Source: Candidatus Omnitrophota bacterium (GTDB lineage: Bacteria; Omnitrophota; Gorgyraeia; Zapsychrales; Zapsychraceae). Taken from it: a stretch of DNA of 64,000 bases. The stretch covers positions 559,286 through 623,285 of the forward strand of contig JBFWOS010000003.1 in NCBI GenBank assembly GCA_050250375.1, read 5' to 3'. The notes under the pieces were generated by a model. That model did not search any database and was not told where the DNA came from. It worked only from the letters and a program-made list of their open reading frames with translations. The translations under genes were made by a program, and so were the position numbers. Below, piece by piece: positions 30,301 through 45,300 of the stretch. Every line of letters starts with the position of its first letter. Positions within the stretch are counted from its first letter, which is position 1.

Positions 30301-33300
30301 CGTAACGTTTTCCTTCGATGGTTACCGTTTGAGCCAGAACTTGTTTTTCCAAAATGAGTTCGCCGGATGATTCTACTGTCTTGATCATCAATACAGGAAT
30401 GTAGACACGTTTGCTCTTTCCGCCTTCGGTATATTTGTAAACAAACCGCTGTTCATACTCGACCCGTCCGTTCTCAACAGCGATGATCTTGCGTTTGTAT
30501 TGGTCACTACCTTCATTCCGTTCAACAAAGGTGACTGCGTTCGACTGTTCATCTTGCTGAGCTCCGGTCATAAAGGCCGTATCTGTAACGATCATGTTGG
30601 TTTCATAAATCAATTTTTGTCCGTAACTCAGCTCTCCGCCGAAATTCAATTCAAGTGGTTTATCTTGATGATCCGCGGTGATGCTCATGGCGCTGGCGGC
30701 AACAACAACGGTCTGACCGTCAGCGTTTGTTTCAAAGGCCGTAGCCTGGTATGTTTCAAAACCGGTTCCGGCATCGATGGAAACATTGATTGCCGTCGTT
30801 CCGGTCCTGTTGAGGGCAATTATGATCCTGCGTTCGGTGTTTTCCGTGATCAGCTGATTGATTTTTTGGTTGACTTCCGACTGGGTGATGCGGCCGGCCT
30901 GGCTCTTGGCCGCAGAGACCATACTGTGGATTTGTGACCGGACTTCCAGAGTATCAAGGATTGTTTCAGCCAGGAACCGCTGACGGCTTACATCGCCTTC
31001 CGCGACAGCATGTTTAATATCGCGGCGCATCGTCAGGTTAACGTTCGGATCGTTCTCAACAATAATGATCAATTTGGCCCGATTAATATCCAGACGTTGT
31101 ATGCCGGAACCTTCTCTCAAATTTGAACGTGAGGTGAACTGGATAGCTTCCGCTGTTGCAGTTGATCCGATAAATACCGTGTTGGCTTTAGTCGGTGCTT
31201 CGCCCCGGATCTTAGCCAGGATGTTGGAACCGCCGGAGAGACCTAACTGAACGACGATGACTTCCAGGTTAGGATCTCTTTGGGCTTGCTCAACCAATCG
31301 TTTGGCCGCGGCTTCCTGCACCGGATCCGGCTGACCTTTCAATACGGCATCTTCTCCGACAATAACGATTAATTTCTCCCTGCCGAATGAGACTTTCTCG
31401 CCGTCCATCAGTTCAACGTCCCTGACCCTAAAGACATTGTCCGTCCCTTCAACCGGACTGGCGGTTCGGAGTAAACGTTCCCGTAATTTTCCAAATCCCA
31501 GTGCGTTCCAGATGGAAACGAGGATGACCCGGGCGCTGAGCGTGTTCAATTCAGGATCCGTTATCGTTTTCAACAAGACGTCAACCACCGGTTCGCCCGG
31601 CCGGTCATAGCTGGCCCTGGTCAAATCAAAGTTTAATTCCAGAACATCCGGCAGCCCGGATTCTTTACCGGCCCTGAATATCCTGGCGCCCTGCATTTCC
31701 GCAGACAGGCGCATAGATTCTGCGGTCGCCGTCATACCGATCGCACCGGCCACCAGACGATGGACATCCGCCGCCTTGACAGCGTGTTCAACCTTAGACA
31801 ACGCAGCCGTCATGTAATTATCCAGTTTCAGCCGTTCGATGGTGACGATGGCCCGGGCCAGATGGGCGTCTCCCGGGATAGTTCCCGGTTGAGCGAATTT
31901 GTTGACCGTCAACATATAAATACCCAGGTCACTGTCGGCATCCCGTCCGTAGACCGGGTTATCACGGGCATACATCGCCTCGACAAACGCATTCACTTGT
32001 TCCGTGATCTCTTTGCGGGTTTCCGGAAGCACTTCAATATTCTCTTCCCTTAATTTATTAATTTCACGCTGATATTCTTTGAAGAACCTGGCCAGCGGAG
32101 ATAACTGTTCACCCTCAAGCAGGTATTCGGAACGAAGGACCGGGCGTCCGTGCTGATCGACATCAAAGATCAATTCTTTCTGACCGTTGACTTCGCTTAA
32201 CATACGGTCGAGTATTTCATATTTGATCATATCCTGACGGGCCATCATTTCCAGTTCAAGCAGTCTCTGTTTCGCTTCGGCATTACCGGCCTGCGCCTGT
32301 TCTCTTAATTCCTGCAGTCTTCGTTGTCCCTTGATCAAATCAGCGGACCGTTCAAACGCGTCGCTTTCGTCGTTGATTTCAAAGACACGTTTGCCGGTTT
32401 CGCTGTTCAATAATTTGAGAGACACCAATTCTTTTGAATCTTTGAAGTCTCCGACGTTGATCCCTTCTTCAAGGTTAAATTTCCCTTCTTGTTTGACTCT
32501 TCGGATTCCGCCTTTTTCAACGATTTCACGCAGCAACGGATGGTTCATGAAATCACCAACCTTGGCTTCCGGTACGTTAAACAGGATGATCACTCTGCCG
32601 TTTGTTTTTCTGTACAACCAGCGGGCAATGGCTGCAGCCAGGTCAGATTTACCAATACCGGTATCGGCGGAAACGATATTAAATTCGCCTTTCTTGTCCA
32701 TAAACGCGCGGGCTGTTTCTATAAAGACCTTGGCCGCGTGGATCTGTTTGAGACGGCCTTCGGATAAGTCGTAACGGGTATTGTCACCTTTGCTGATAAT
32801 ATAGGCTTCCATATCGCGTTTGACTTCAGCCAGGAATTCGTATAATTCCAGGACTTCATTTTCAAACCGGCTTCGGTTTTGTTTGGCCGATAATTCTGCC
32901 GCCCGTTCTCCATCTTTAAACAGACGCTCGACTTCTTTTGATACTTCGATATAATGCAGGTTGATCTTTTCTGTTGATTTTGTCTCGGATGGTGTCTTTC
33001 TGACGGACGGTTCACTGGATCCCTGTTTATTATTTCGGCGGACAGATGGATCGACACGGTCCAAAATACGGCCCAGCCGGGATGATGACCGTTTAGCGGA
33101 CAGAGCCGAACGATCCTGATTATCTGAACCTCTTTGAACATCTTTCCGCCCGGAACGGACCACCCGTCTGAACACTCTCAATATCCATTCATACCACGGA
33201 TCTTCCGGCGGCTCCGGAGGACCGTTAGCCGGACCAGACAACAACGAGTCTTTAGCGTTAGCTTTTTTATTATCTGAACGGGAATTGGATGATGACCCGC

Positions 33301-36300
33301 CCTTGCCGCCAAACCCGAACAGGCCACCCATAGCCATCGCCATCATTGTGTGTGCATCACCGCTAGAATCTGTTCCACTGACTAACGCATATCCGAGAAC
33401 GACTGCCAGGATGATAAACGGCCCGAAGTGATCTCTGAAGACCACCCGTCCGATAAGATGGAACAACCGTTCAACTAGATAACCGACATACGCGGCCATG
33501 GCCGTCAAGAACCCGATCTTGTAAATGATTCTCCAGTCTGAGGTCACGTTGAAGTATTCAAAAATATCATCCCATGCCCCGTCAAAAATGATCTCTTTGA
33601 TTTCCGGAGAAACAGCTGCCCCAACAACCGCCGCCGTCAAAATAACGACAAACCAGACAAACCACCGCACCCACTGTTTGTAATCGCTGGCCGGGTTTCG
33701 GAAGATATTCTTCGGTCCTTCCACAAAGACCAGTGAATCATGGATCTTCTTGATGCGGATCGCGCGTTTGATCTTGCTGTATACGACCTTGACCGCGGCC
33801 AGACCGAGAAGACCAAGGACAACGGTTAATATGGAGACAGCACCTCTACCCTTAGTTCCCGATTCCCCAATCGTAACTTTAGTTTCTTTATAAGAACGGG
33901 TGCTGTCTCCAAGATCCTGAGGATCAAGTTGTGCAAGAACAGGGGCAATGCCATTAACTTCAGTCTCCGATTCCCCAATCGTAACTTTAGCTTCTCTTAA
34001 AGAACGGTCATTGCCCCTGTTGTTTATAGATTGGACAGCGTCATCACTTTCAGTCTCCGATTCCCCAATCGTAACTTCAGTTTCTGTTAATGAACGATGA
34101 ACGCTGTCCTCGATTGCTGTTTGGCCGCGGGCTTCATTCGTGGTCAGGATAACCAGCGCGAGAACGCCCAGGATAAACGGCATTAAATATCTCACGGCAC
34201 GCATGATGCGGTTTGCTGCCGGGACCGGTTTCGATTCCTTAATCATGATACCGGCGTCAACCAGAGATCGGGCGTGTTCAATCATGCCGCCGTTTCGTCT
34301 GGCGATAAAGTATTGTTTGATGTGTTCCAGCCCGCGTCCGGCGATATCATCAACGATGGCCGACATAAATCCGCTCCGGTTTCGGCTGCTGATGAAGTTG
34401 ACGACGCGTCTGGCGTTGACGAATGTCTCTTTATCCAGAAGGATCGCCGCGATACCCAGGGCGGCGGTTCCTTCAACCTTCATGCCGAAATGCTGCAGAA
34501 GGGCCATGGTGTAAATAGAATCCACATCCGCGACCCGGTAGGCGCCGTCGGCATATTCACGGAAGCGGTCAATCGCCGCCGGTTCAGGTGTGGCTGCGTT
34601 GCCGTCGGCCGGCATGTTGTTGGCGGCCGGGATTTGTTCCCTGATCGGAACGGCCGCGCCCTGCTGGATCGTGCGGAAACTCATGTCGACACGCGGTGTG
34701 GTGAACCCGTAGACATGCGCTTGCGGAATTCTGTTCTTGATTTGGAGTCCGGTTCCGGCAATCCATCCGGTTGATCCCATGGCCATGGTCACAACTAATT
34801 CACCTTCTTTTAGTTGTTCAATATTGATGGCCGGATCAGCGATGTAGCTTTGAACAACTTCTTCTCCGCCGGCGGCATAACCTGTACCAACCCATTCTTC
34901 AGCTGCTTTATCAAAATGACGGATCTGCATTTTGTGCCGCGGATCTTCATCCACCAGTTTCCAGACGACCTGTTCGGCTTCTTCATAACTTCCGTAATCG
35001 GCGTACAACCGTCCGCCGGCGTTTTTAATATTATTCTTTTTGTGTTCCAGGATATCGGTATCTGAATAAACGACTCCCTGCATGGTCTCAACCATTTCAA
35101 TAAATTGCGCCTGCGTTAAACCGCCCAGCGGCTCTCCGGTAAAGATGCCCGGATAATCCCGCTGCAATTCCAGGAACAGACGGACGAAATAAGCGTATCC
35201 GTTTTGCTGTAATTTTTCTTTGACCGCACGCACCGCGGTGACGGTGGCCAGGCCGTGGTTACCGGTAGAAACAGCAATGACTTCATACGGGATCTGTCCT
35301 TTGAGGACACGGACAAAGACTTCAACCGGCGCGCGGTTCTTGAATGATCCGGTACGGTATTGCCCCTGACCTTCGGCTTCGAAACCGTAAGATTCGTCTT
35401 TGAAGTCGATTCGGATCTCGCGGCCTTCTTCCCGTTCCAGAATGTCATTGACGAACCGGTTGATGCCTTCGATGGTTGTCAACGGCGTGGCTGACGGAAC
35501 AAGACCGAATTCACGCTGCAGCCGCAAGGCCGCGTGGACCTTTTCATCCGTAATGCCGCCGGCTTCTCTTCTGGCTTTAGCTTCGCGATGCGATAACGGC
35601 GTCAGAATAACCCGGTCAATACCGACCGGCAATCCTGTTGGGGTTGTTTGCGCGCGATGGATGCGACCTGACTTCTTCAATAACGCTTTAACGGAGAATA
35701 AAATTCTCTGGGCAGCAGCACGAACTCCAGTTCCCGATTCCCCAATCGTAACTTTAGCTTCATCTGTTAATGAACGGCTGCTGCCCATATCTGTTGTGTC
35801 GCGGTACGCGACAATAATCGGTGTTTCAAAATGTTGTAACGAAATTGTCTGCGGATAGCCTTGAATGGTTTCTCGCACTTCTACGGTGAACCCGAGGCTT
35901 CTTAGATGACTGATGAAATAATCTTGATATTCCGGTTTGTTTTCATCCTGATGAAGTCTGACAAACACGAGACTCTTAGACAATGGTCTGAAGTAACGAT
36001 CCAGATTCTCGACCAGGTCTTTGTTCGCGCTGCGGTTCGGCGCATTGATGCTCACAATATCAAATTGACGTCTGAACCGTTTATGTTCTGCGGCATCACT
36101 GATGCTGATATTTCTGTTTTCTGCGCGGCCTTTGCGGTCATGCTGACGTTTGTTTTGAATCAGATAAGAATGGTCAATGCCGGCGACTCGGGCGAATAAG
36201 CCTGTTTCTTTATTTTCCGCCACAATCCGGTCGGCGAATTCATTACGGGTACGGCCGGATCCCAGGTCAATCAACGATACCGGTTTTTGCGAACCAAAAT

Positions 36301-39300
36301 AATCCCGGATGATCGTATAGAATTCAGTTTCAGAGGCAGCGCGGTTGACTTCCGTTTCCGATTCCCCAATCGTAACTTTAGTTTTGTCTGTCGAAGATCG
36401 CGCGCTGCCTCTGATATCTTTCCATATGCGGATGAAAATCCATGTAAATGCGACGGCCGCCCCAATAATGATCAGGGCTAAGAACCTGGCCAGGAATGTT
36501 TCCACCGGACCGTCGTAAGACGAACCATACGCCGGAGCGGCCAGGCCTGCCGCTGCTGCAACCAACCCGGTTTTAACGAGAGTATTGGAGGCCATGCGTG
36601 TCACACCAGTTTCCGATTCCCCAATCGTAACTTTAGTTTCATCTGTTAATGAACGTACATGGCCTCCAAAATGAATTCGGGTGAAATGAACAGGGACGGC
36701 GTAATAACCTTCGGTTTCCGATTCCCCAATCGTAACTTTAGCTTCATTTGTTAAAGAAGTTACGCCGTCCCTATATTGGTCAAAGTGATTTAAGACAGTT
36801 CCCTGCGAATTGATCGGGGCAGCACGTGTCACATCAGTTTCCGATTCCCCAATCGTAACTTTATTCTTCTTCGCAAAAGAAACGGACACCGTTTCTTTTG
36901 CTTCGAAGGAATATTCCTGCCCTGCTCCGCCGTAGCGAAGACTGTTTAAGACAGGCTTCGCAGAGGCGAGCGAAGCAAAAATATTGGATTGATCCGCGCC
37001 GCGAAGCAGAATAGTTTCATCTGTTAATGAACGTGTGCCGTCCCGATATTGGTTGACCGCGGCCATGGTGCCGATGCTGATGACCGCGACCAGAGTTATA
37101 AATGCTGTCCGGCTGAAAACAGCGCGCTTGATCCATTGTTTGAATTGATAAAGCCGAGGATATGATTTTTTCTGATAAATGTTGATGTAAAGATCGATAT
37201 AGACTTCTTCGAACCTCTCCAGGCTGTCTTTAACGCTGTAGTGTTCCAGTCCGTATTCTTTTAACAATTCCAAAGTGATCGCCCGGGCGGATTCGGCCTG
37301 ATGGCCTTTCTGTTCATCTTCGTTGAATAGTTGTTTAAACAGTTCGAATGCCTTGGCCTGGTCTTCCATCGTGAAGATCTGACGGACAATCTTGCGCAAC
37401 AGGTTGTCGGCGGCTTCCTTGACGACCGGCTGGTTCTTTCGGGACATGTCGCGCTCGTACAGGTGGGTCAGCACATCGACGGATTTCTGATCGATCTGGC
37501 TGAGCCGGGCGAAGACTACTTCCCCGACAACGTTCGTCAACCCTTCGGCATCTTTTAATACCAGACGAACCACTTCATCTCTGATTTCATCATCGTAAGC
37601 CTTGAATTTGCGTTCAGATTCGTCTCTTCTTTGGTCAACCGCGATAATCGTTCCCAACAGCAGGATGATCCAGGCTGTATTGCGGTTATACGTTGTCAAC
37701 CCGCGCTGAATACTCAACAAATGTTCAAATGAATCTTCGATCAAATCTCTGGTGTCTCGATGTTCAATGTAATCCACATACAGCCACGGGATCAGTGAAC
37801 CGCCGGACATGGCCGCTTCTTTGTTATCCAGTGTCTGCAGAATTTCCCTGACGTCGGATCCTCGAATGACATAACTTTGATTTCTGGACACAAACCGTTC
37901 GATGGAATCTCTTGTTCTTAACAGGTAGACAAACACCGCTAACGAACCGTGCAGGGCGATTTCATCTTCCGGATGAAGGATGATTTCATCGATCTGCAGG
38001 ATGTTTTCCATGACCGTGCGGTCAAGCTGCTGCTCGAGGACATCCATAGCTTCCTGATATTCAGCTGTTTTTCCGATATAAAGCAGATGAATGATCAGGC
38101 CGCCGAGCGATTTCGCAAGGACTTGATGAAGCTGTTCGCTGTTTTGTTTGTAGGCACCGGCGATTCGGAACAGGTTATAGATCAATGTTCCATAGAATGG
38201 TTCTTCAGGAACCAGCATAACGCGCCAAATATCACGGTTTCCGGTGACCGGGTCCCTGGTGTCCAGAACACCCTCACGTAAGAACCGGGCGACGTCATCT
38301 TTAGTTGTATTCGGACTTTGCAGCAACAGCCGGTGGAACGGCGCGACTTCGAGGTTATGCTGCATAATAAATTCTTTGGTTTCATGAACACGGGCCAATA
38401 ATTCCGTTCCGCTGTCGTCGGTCATTTGCTTAAACATTTCAACCAGCTGTTCATCGGTATAAGCCAGATATTCAGCCGAAACAGGTCCGACAATCTGTTT
38501 AAACACGTCAATGAATGAATCCTTGTTTTCAGACTGTTGCGGATCGAGCCCAAGCAGGTTGAATAATTCTAAGCGTTCCTTCGAACTATAGGTGGCCACG
38601 TGGCTTCTGAATTCGAACAGCAATGATTCTCGGGCCTTTTGTTCATCCAGATAATCCTGGATCATCAGCGACCAGATACCGAATCGTACGGCCAGATAAA
38701 GCGTAACCTTCCAGCCGTCTTTTAACCGGACAGGGAAAGCGCCCTGACTTAGAGTATCCGATTCCCCAATCGTAACTTTAGTTTCTTCAAAAGAACGGGC
38801 GCTTTCCCTACCAGATTTATTCTCGAGTAATTTGTTTATGTTAATCACAATCATTGACTCACGGACATCAACGATATACTGACTTTGCGGTTCATTGACC
38901 AGTTTGACAAAATTATTTCTGCGGTTCGTGTTACCGAATAATTCATAGAACCGGGCGTACAGGAAGGCGTATGTATTGAGCGTATCCCGGGTGAATCTTA
39001 AAATCTTGGCTGATTCGATTCTGGATAGTTTTAAATGACCGATGTTTCCGGAATCAATGCCTGAATAACGCAGGCGGACCTGCTGGACGTCAAAATCATC
39101 GGCCAAATGATGAGTTTCAATCTTTGCCAGAAGCTCAGCGGCTTGTTTCTCAAATAAGCTGTCTTCTGTATGTGAACGGATCTCGGCGATAAATCGGGCC
39201 CGTATACCGTAATCCAGTTTCAGGACCTGCGTGGCCAGGGCTCTTGGCGTAATCAGCCAGCGGCGGATGCCTTTCAGGTCGCGTAGTGTTGATAACAGAT

Positions 39301-42300
39301 GAACAACCTCTACGTCAATCGCGTTATAGTTCCGTATATCGGTATATCGTGCAAAGAATTTGGTGATTCGTACAGCGGTATAAATCAATGCTGCGGCAGA
39401 AAGGACACCTGCCAGAACAGCTAACCAGAACCATGCGGTCGTTCCGGAAGCACCCATCAGGAACGGCGTTACGGCCAGGATGACGACAGCGCGCAAAATA
39501 CGGTCACGTCGTAAAGTTTTCGCCGCCGGAGGCGCGCGGGTTTCTTTCGTTGAGACCGTTTGGTTATGTTTCTTTCTGAGACTGAGGACCTGTTTGATCA
39601 ACACAACCGGAATGGTGACAATCACGGCTAACGCCGCCACGGCCAGCCACGGGCTGTGCTCAAATCCCGGTGTAGCGGACAACCCAAGAATCACGGCCAG
39701 GATGACGCTAAACGGTGATGTCATCAGTTTGGTTGACTCCGGCGCCTGCCAATCCCGGCTGGTGATCTTATCTTTGCGACGGATGGACATCAGTTTTTGT
39801 TCAAGGACATCCTGCAATTCTTTGCTTAAAGGTTTATCATCCTTAAGGAGAAGCAAGGTATCGTAAGAAACCTGTCCGATATCCGCATCCCCGATAACCT
39901 CTCCTGTCCCGGCGTGGACGTTGATGCCCAGTTGAGTAAGAACAGAACTCAATACATACAACCAACCAGAGAAGTTAACGGCGGAGATTTCAAGCAGTGT
40001 CCCTTCTTTGCCCTTGTATGTGGCCCCGGATAATTCGATCTTTGTCAGGATGTCCGTTTGCGGGACATTAAATGAGAGTTCAATATTCGCCTGACGTTCT
40101 TTAGTTTGTGTGGCGGTTTCACCCTCGGTGGCTGTTTCTCGTTTTTCTTGCAGGATATCTTCCGGCCGTACTTCTTCATTAATCATGCGTTCGATATCGC
40201 GTTTCATATCGGCCAATAAATCTTCCCAGGCCGTGCTGATGCCGGTGCGGTGTTCAACAAAGAAGTGGTCGATGACCAGACCGGAAGGTCCAAGTCCGAC
40301 TTTGTAGTTACGGCGGGCGAATCCATACGCCAGCAGCACGACAGAAATCTTGTTTAAAATACCCGGCCGGTCTTCATCCATCGGGTCAAACCGGATGAGG
40401 ATCTCTTCCGTCTTGCCTCTGACCGGCGAAGCACTGGACGGATTACTGACTGAAATGTTGATGCGGTCGTCGTGAGAACGGTCTTGCATGACCAAACGTC
40501 TGTCCTCTTCTACTTGTCTGGCCTGTGAGGCGCTCAGCGTTTGCACAACGTAATTCCTGTCACCGATGCGTTTCAGGTCAACATCGAAGACCGGATAGTA
40601 ATCTTTCAGACGCTGCGCGATACCCTGAGGCTGCAGAACGCTCATCTCGATCATGGTAAAGACCGTCAGCAGGGCCAGGCGGATCGGATCGTTTCCTATG
40701 ACTTCCTTGAAGAATTCGGCCATATCCGCCGGATTATCACCCTTACGGATGCGGGCGATCAATGCTTTTTGGTTTTCGATCAACCAGACGATCAGCCGTG
40801 TTTCGCGGCTGAACGGCAGCATGCCCATTCTGGCCAAAACGAAATACAATCGTCCGGAGTGGAACATTCCGTCAATACCGGCCACGATGTGGACCGGAAG
40901 GAACCGGCTCAGGCCGTTGATAATCCATTCCGGTGTGTGACCGTTGGTGTGCATCAACAGGGCCAGGCGCAAAGCCCGTCTCAGGTTATGACGGGTCAGA
41001 TAATCAATGCTTGGTTCCAGTTTGGCCTGCATGTCCGCAAAGACGGCCTGATCCATATCGTGGACCATTCTCGGTTCATGGAACATCAGCGCCTCACCGC
41101 GGACAAACGTTGCGACCGTGTAATGGTCTAACGTCAGATGATGCGGCGGATCAAGGTGACGGCGGTACATCAGTTCTCCGAAACCAAAAACAATCTTGGA
41201 CAGGATATTGTTGTTGGCCTTGTCCGCAAAATATCTTAATCTCCAGACGCCGGCGGTCAACGGCGCGTTGACTTTCATGTATTGGTGGACGAATCTGAAC
41301 CGCAGCAGCATCCATGTCCACCATCCGGCGGTTTCCATTTCGCGTTCGATTCGGTCGAAGATCCCGCCTCTTAACGCGGTCGGATAATTAACGGCAACGT
41401 TGGTCAATAAGTCGAACAATCGCGGCAGATAACTGCGGCGTTTCGGCTGTTGATAATCAATCGCCAGCGCGCGTTGGTTGTCGCGGTGCTGGAATCCGTC
41501 TTCCAGCATGAGATATGTTCCGGTTCTTCTGACAACCACAATGTCGTCCGGAAGGCTGGTGTCGATGGTTTCCGGTACGACCCTCAATTCATCGGCGCCT
41601 GACAGGATGAGCCTCAACCGTCTGAACGCGAACGTAAACAAGCGGTCTTGCGCCCTTCTTAAATCTTTCAGGAATTCCGGAATGATCTCTGCCGGTGTCC
41701 CGGTATAGCCCAGTTGGGCGGCGATCAGGGCGTATTGGTCAACCCTGACCCTGGTGCGGTTGGATTTGATGTTCATTTGCCCGACGACCGCGCGGACTTT
41801 CAGCAGCAGGATGTACGCGCGCCGGGCTTTTTCCAACAGGTCGCGGTCAAACACACCTTTATTCAACAGATAATTCCAAACCGCTGCATCCGGGATGAAT
41901 TCTTCAGAAGCCAAAGCATTGGTATCGGTGTGTTCGGCGATGAAGCCCGCCAATCCGATTGAATAGATTGTCTGCAGGTCTCTTAATGAACCGTTGCCTT
42001 CCTTCAGGTTAGGCTCTTTGGTATTCAAGCCTTCGCGGAAACCGTTCTTTTGGTATCGGATCTGCCATTCCAGACGTTTAAGCTTGGCAAAAACCAGCGG
42101 ATCAACATTGTAAGCCTGTTTCAGTCCGGCGAAGACTTCCATTCTCCAGCCGTTCCAGATTGAACGATCTCCGGCCACATAACGGGTCTCAAGGATAGAA
42201 CTCGCGATCTGGACCTGGGCGAGGTTTTCCGATTCCCAGCGGATGGTTGAAGCGTTCGGAACAAATTCAACCTGTTCATTGAATACTTCCGTAACCACCA

Positions 42301-45300
42301 TGCGGACGAACCGAAGTAATTTCAACTGGCGTTCAAATTCGGCCAATACGGCTTGTTTGTCCGCATCGGATTCATCGACAAACCGTTTGATCGCTTTAAA
42401 TTGATAATCAAAGTCATAAATGGCTTCGACCTTTTCCCGTTCCCCGGCCGGAACGAACTGCATGACTTTATCATGATTTTCTTCATACCCTTTCACTTCG
42501 ATTCTCAAGTCGAGGTCTGAACCCGGGACATATTCACGGCGGGCATAACTTCCGTGGGCCATGAAGGTCACATCCCCGTCATCGCCGAATCGTTCAACCG
42601 TATAACGGTTCAATTGAATGACGATATGGTCCAGCCGGCGGGTGGTCAGGTCAGTCTTAACCTGGATCGGCAGCCGCGCGTGGTCAACCCAGATATAGTT
42701 AAATTCATATTCCCATTGTTTCTTTAAAATCTGTGCTGTTTGTTTGATCGCCTCATTGTCATCGCCGATTGCACTTAAACGAATATCGAGCGTGGTTTTG
42801 ATTCTTTCCAACCGTTCGTTCAAACGCTCTTCCAATTCTTTGACCTGCGCGGCAACTTCTTCTTCGGTGAGATTAGACTGTTCGGATTCTTCGTCTTTCT
42901 TTTTACGGAACATGAACGGCCATAACATGGCGAGTACATACGGATTGTTGGTGGTGGAAGACATGACCGTTGACGGATCCGCGCCCATCAGATAAATGGT
43001 GACGATGGCCGCTAAGACAAACGCCATGATGATAAAACTGATAAAGCCGTTTTGTTTCAGCATTTTTGCCAACTTTTTAATGCGTGAATTTTGTTTTTTG
43101 TTGCTGCCTGCAAAGAAGTATTCATCCGTATCGATCTTTGCCTTGAGGTCGTTGTGTTCCTGTTTGGCCAGGTGGGCGATCACTAAACGGTAAATGATGA
43201 ACGACTGGATCAGATCATTCTTATCAAAGAAGTTTGTATTCAGAACGATTGTGTTTCGGTCAAAGTCGATGGCGAATAAATGTCCGTTTGAATAGATCGA
43301 TGAATCCGTCAAAATAAAGGTGATTTCGCGAGGCAGATCAAATTCCGGCGGTCCGCGCGTCATCAGATCCCCGATGACATCGTTGATTTTCGCCAGGAGG
43401 ATCTCTTCGCGTTGGCTGGCCGGTTCTGATGATGTTTTTTCGTAACGGTTTTCAACCAGCCTGACTTTAAATTCGACGCTCAGGTCTGCGACCACTTGAT
43501 CCATGGTTACGTCATCGGTTTTATGACCTTCTTCACCCTTAACGCCTCTCAGCCATTGTTTGACAAAGTCGAAGAACGATGTGAATACAATCACATTATG
43601 GTTGGCCTTTTCAATAATCTTGAATTCGAATCCAAACTTGTCCGCAAAGGCTTTATTTGTTTCAACAGGCGTGACCATGTCTTGCTGGCCGACAGTGACC
43701 AGGACTTTAATACCGTTTTGCCCGATATTTTCCGCCAAGGCAATTGATTCATCCGCGTCAATTTCCAGATGGCGGTATAACCACAATGTCTCAAATCGCT
43801 GACGGAAGCTGCGTTCAGCCACGTTGGCGTGTTCGATCAGTTTATTGTATAGGTATGAATTAACTCTTAGGAATTGGACCACTTTTCTGAATCCGAGTTC
43901 CCTGAAGAAGGCCTGCATACGGACCAGGGCTTTATTCGGCAGGATGTGAAGCATCATGACCCCCCATAAAATCGGACGGAACATGGAAATTTGTCTGTAC
44001 GGCAGTGACGCGAACACAACACTGTTGATATGGCTGATCGCATCGGAAAGAATGTTCTTGAACCGGAATGACTGCAGCGTGTAGCGGTTGGTCAAAAGCG
44101 CCAGCAGGATCCGTCCGCCGAACGAATGGGCCACGATATCCATTTTATGTGTCCTGACTGAACCGGTTGTTTCATAAACATTTAAATTCACTTGTTTAAG
44201 CAGGGATTTGATCTGCCGTTTCAGCCAGGAAGATTCCTCTTCTTCAACGATTTCAAATCCGTTTTGGGCAAAATGGTTGATGACCCAGGCCAGGAATACT
44301 GTTGACCGGGCGACAATGTGGTCAATCTCAAGAATATTTCTCAGGACAACTTTTTCCTGGATGGTTAATTCCTGACCGCCGATGCTTCCGGTTTCCAGCA
44401 GTCCGCGGATAATCTTGTCGGATCTCCAGTGCTGGATAATGACGATAGTGCGCTGCGGATACAGCCTCTTCAATTCTTCCATGTTAAACGTGAGCGTATC
44501 AACGACACCATGAAGGAACAGGATCGGGCTGCCGCCGGCCTTATGGACCTGGAAGGCGTACGGCACATCGATGGTGTTGTCTGAATATGAATTGTATTGT
44601 TCTTCCTGGGTTGGCACATCTTCCACATAAGTATCCGTATGATGCCGTCCGTTACCATTGCGTCTCAGTCGGGATAAGCGTGAACCGTTACCTTTATAAG
44701 CCTCGATGACTTTTGTCAGGGCTGCCCTGGCGCCGGCCGGTCCGTGTTCCGGCAAGACAATAACGTCTTGCGGCATGCCGGCGTAAATCTTCGGTCCGAC
44801 CATAACGCGGGTGGCTTTCGGCAGGGCCGCGAACATCGGATGATCCAGTTCGCTGTCTCCGATAACCAGAATGTCTTCTTCATTAATTCGAAGATGATCC
44901 AGCAGATCGCGTACCGCGCGTCCTTTATCGGCCCGGGATACGTGCAGAGCGACGGATGACACCAGAACGTTCAGGCTGCTGAACCTTTCGTCAGCGGCCA
45001 GACGGCGACGGATGCTATCGGCCAAATGTGTGCGGAATTCAACTGTTGTATTTTCCAGCCACAACTTCAGATCAAGGGTCTGTCCTTCGAACATGACACG
45101 GTCCAGAGGCATATCATCCGGCAGAGTTCTGAGCCGCTGTCTGGCCAGATTATATTCGTAGCCGATAATGCCCATAACTTCTTCGATTTCATCATCGGTA
45201 GAAGCCAGGATATCCAGATAAATCGGAATATCGTAATCGATCTGGCCTTGACGGTTGAACCGGTAACCAATTCCGCCGTTGGCGGTATACATATATTGCA

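Noticed and set aside
33832-38809. Integron attC sites
   Set aside because: No RYYYAAC/GTTRRRY ends on the stems, conservation is in the loop rather than the ends, and no integrase is seen.
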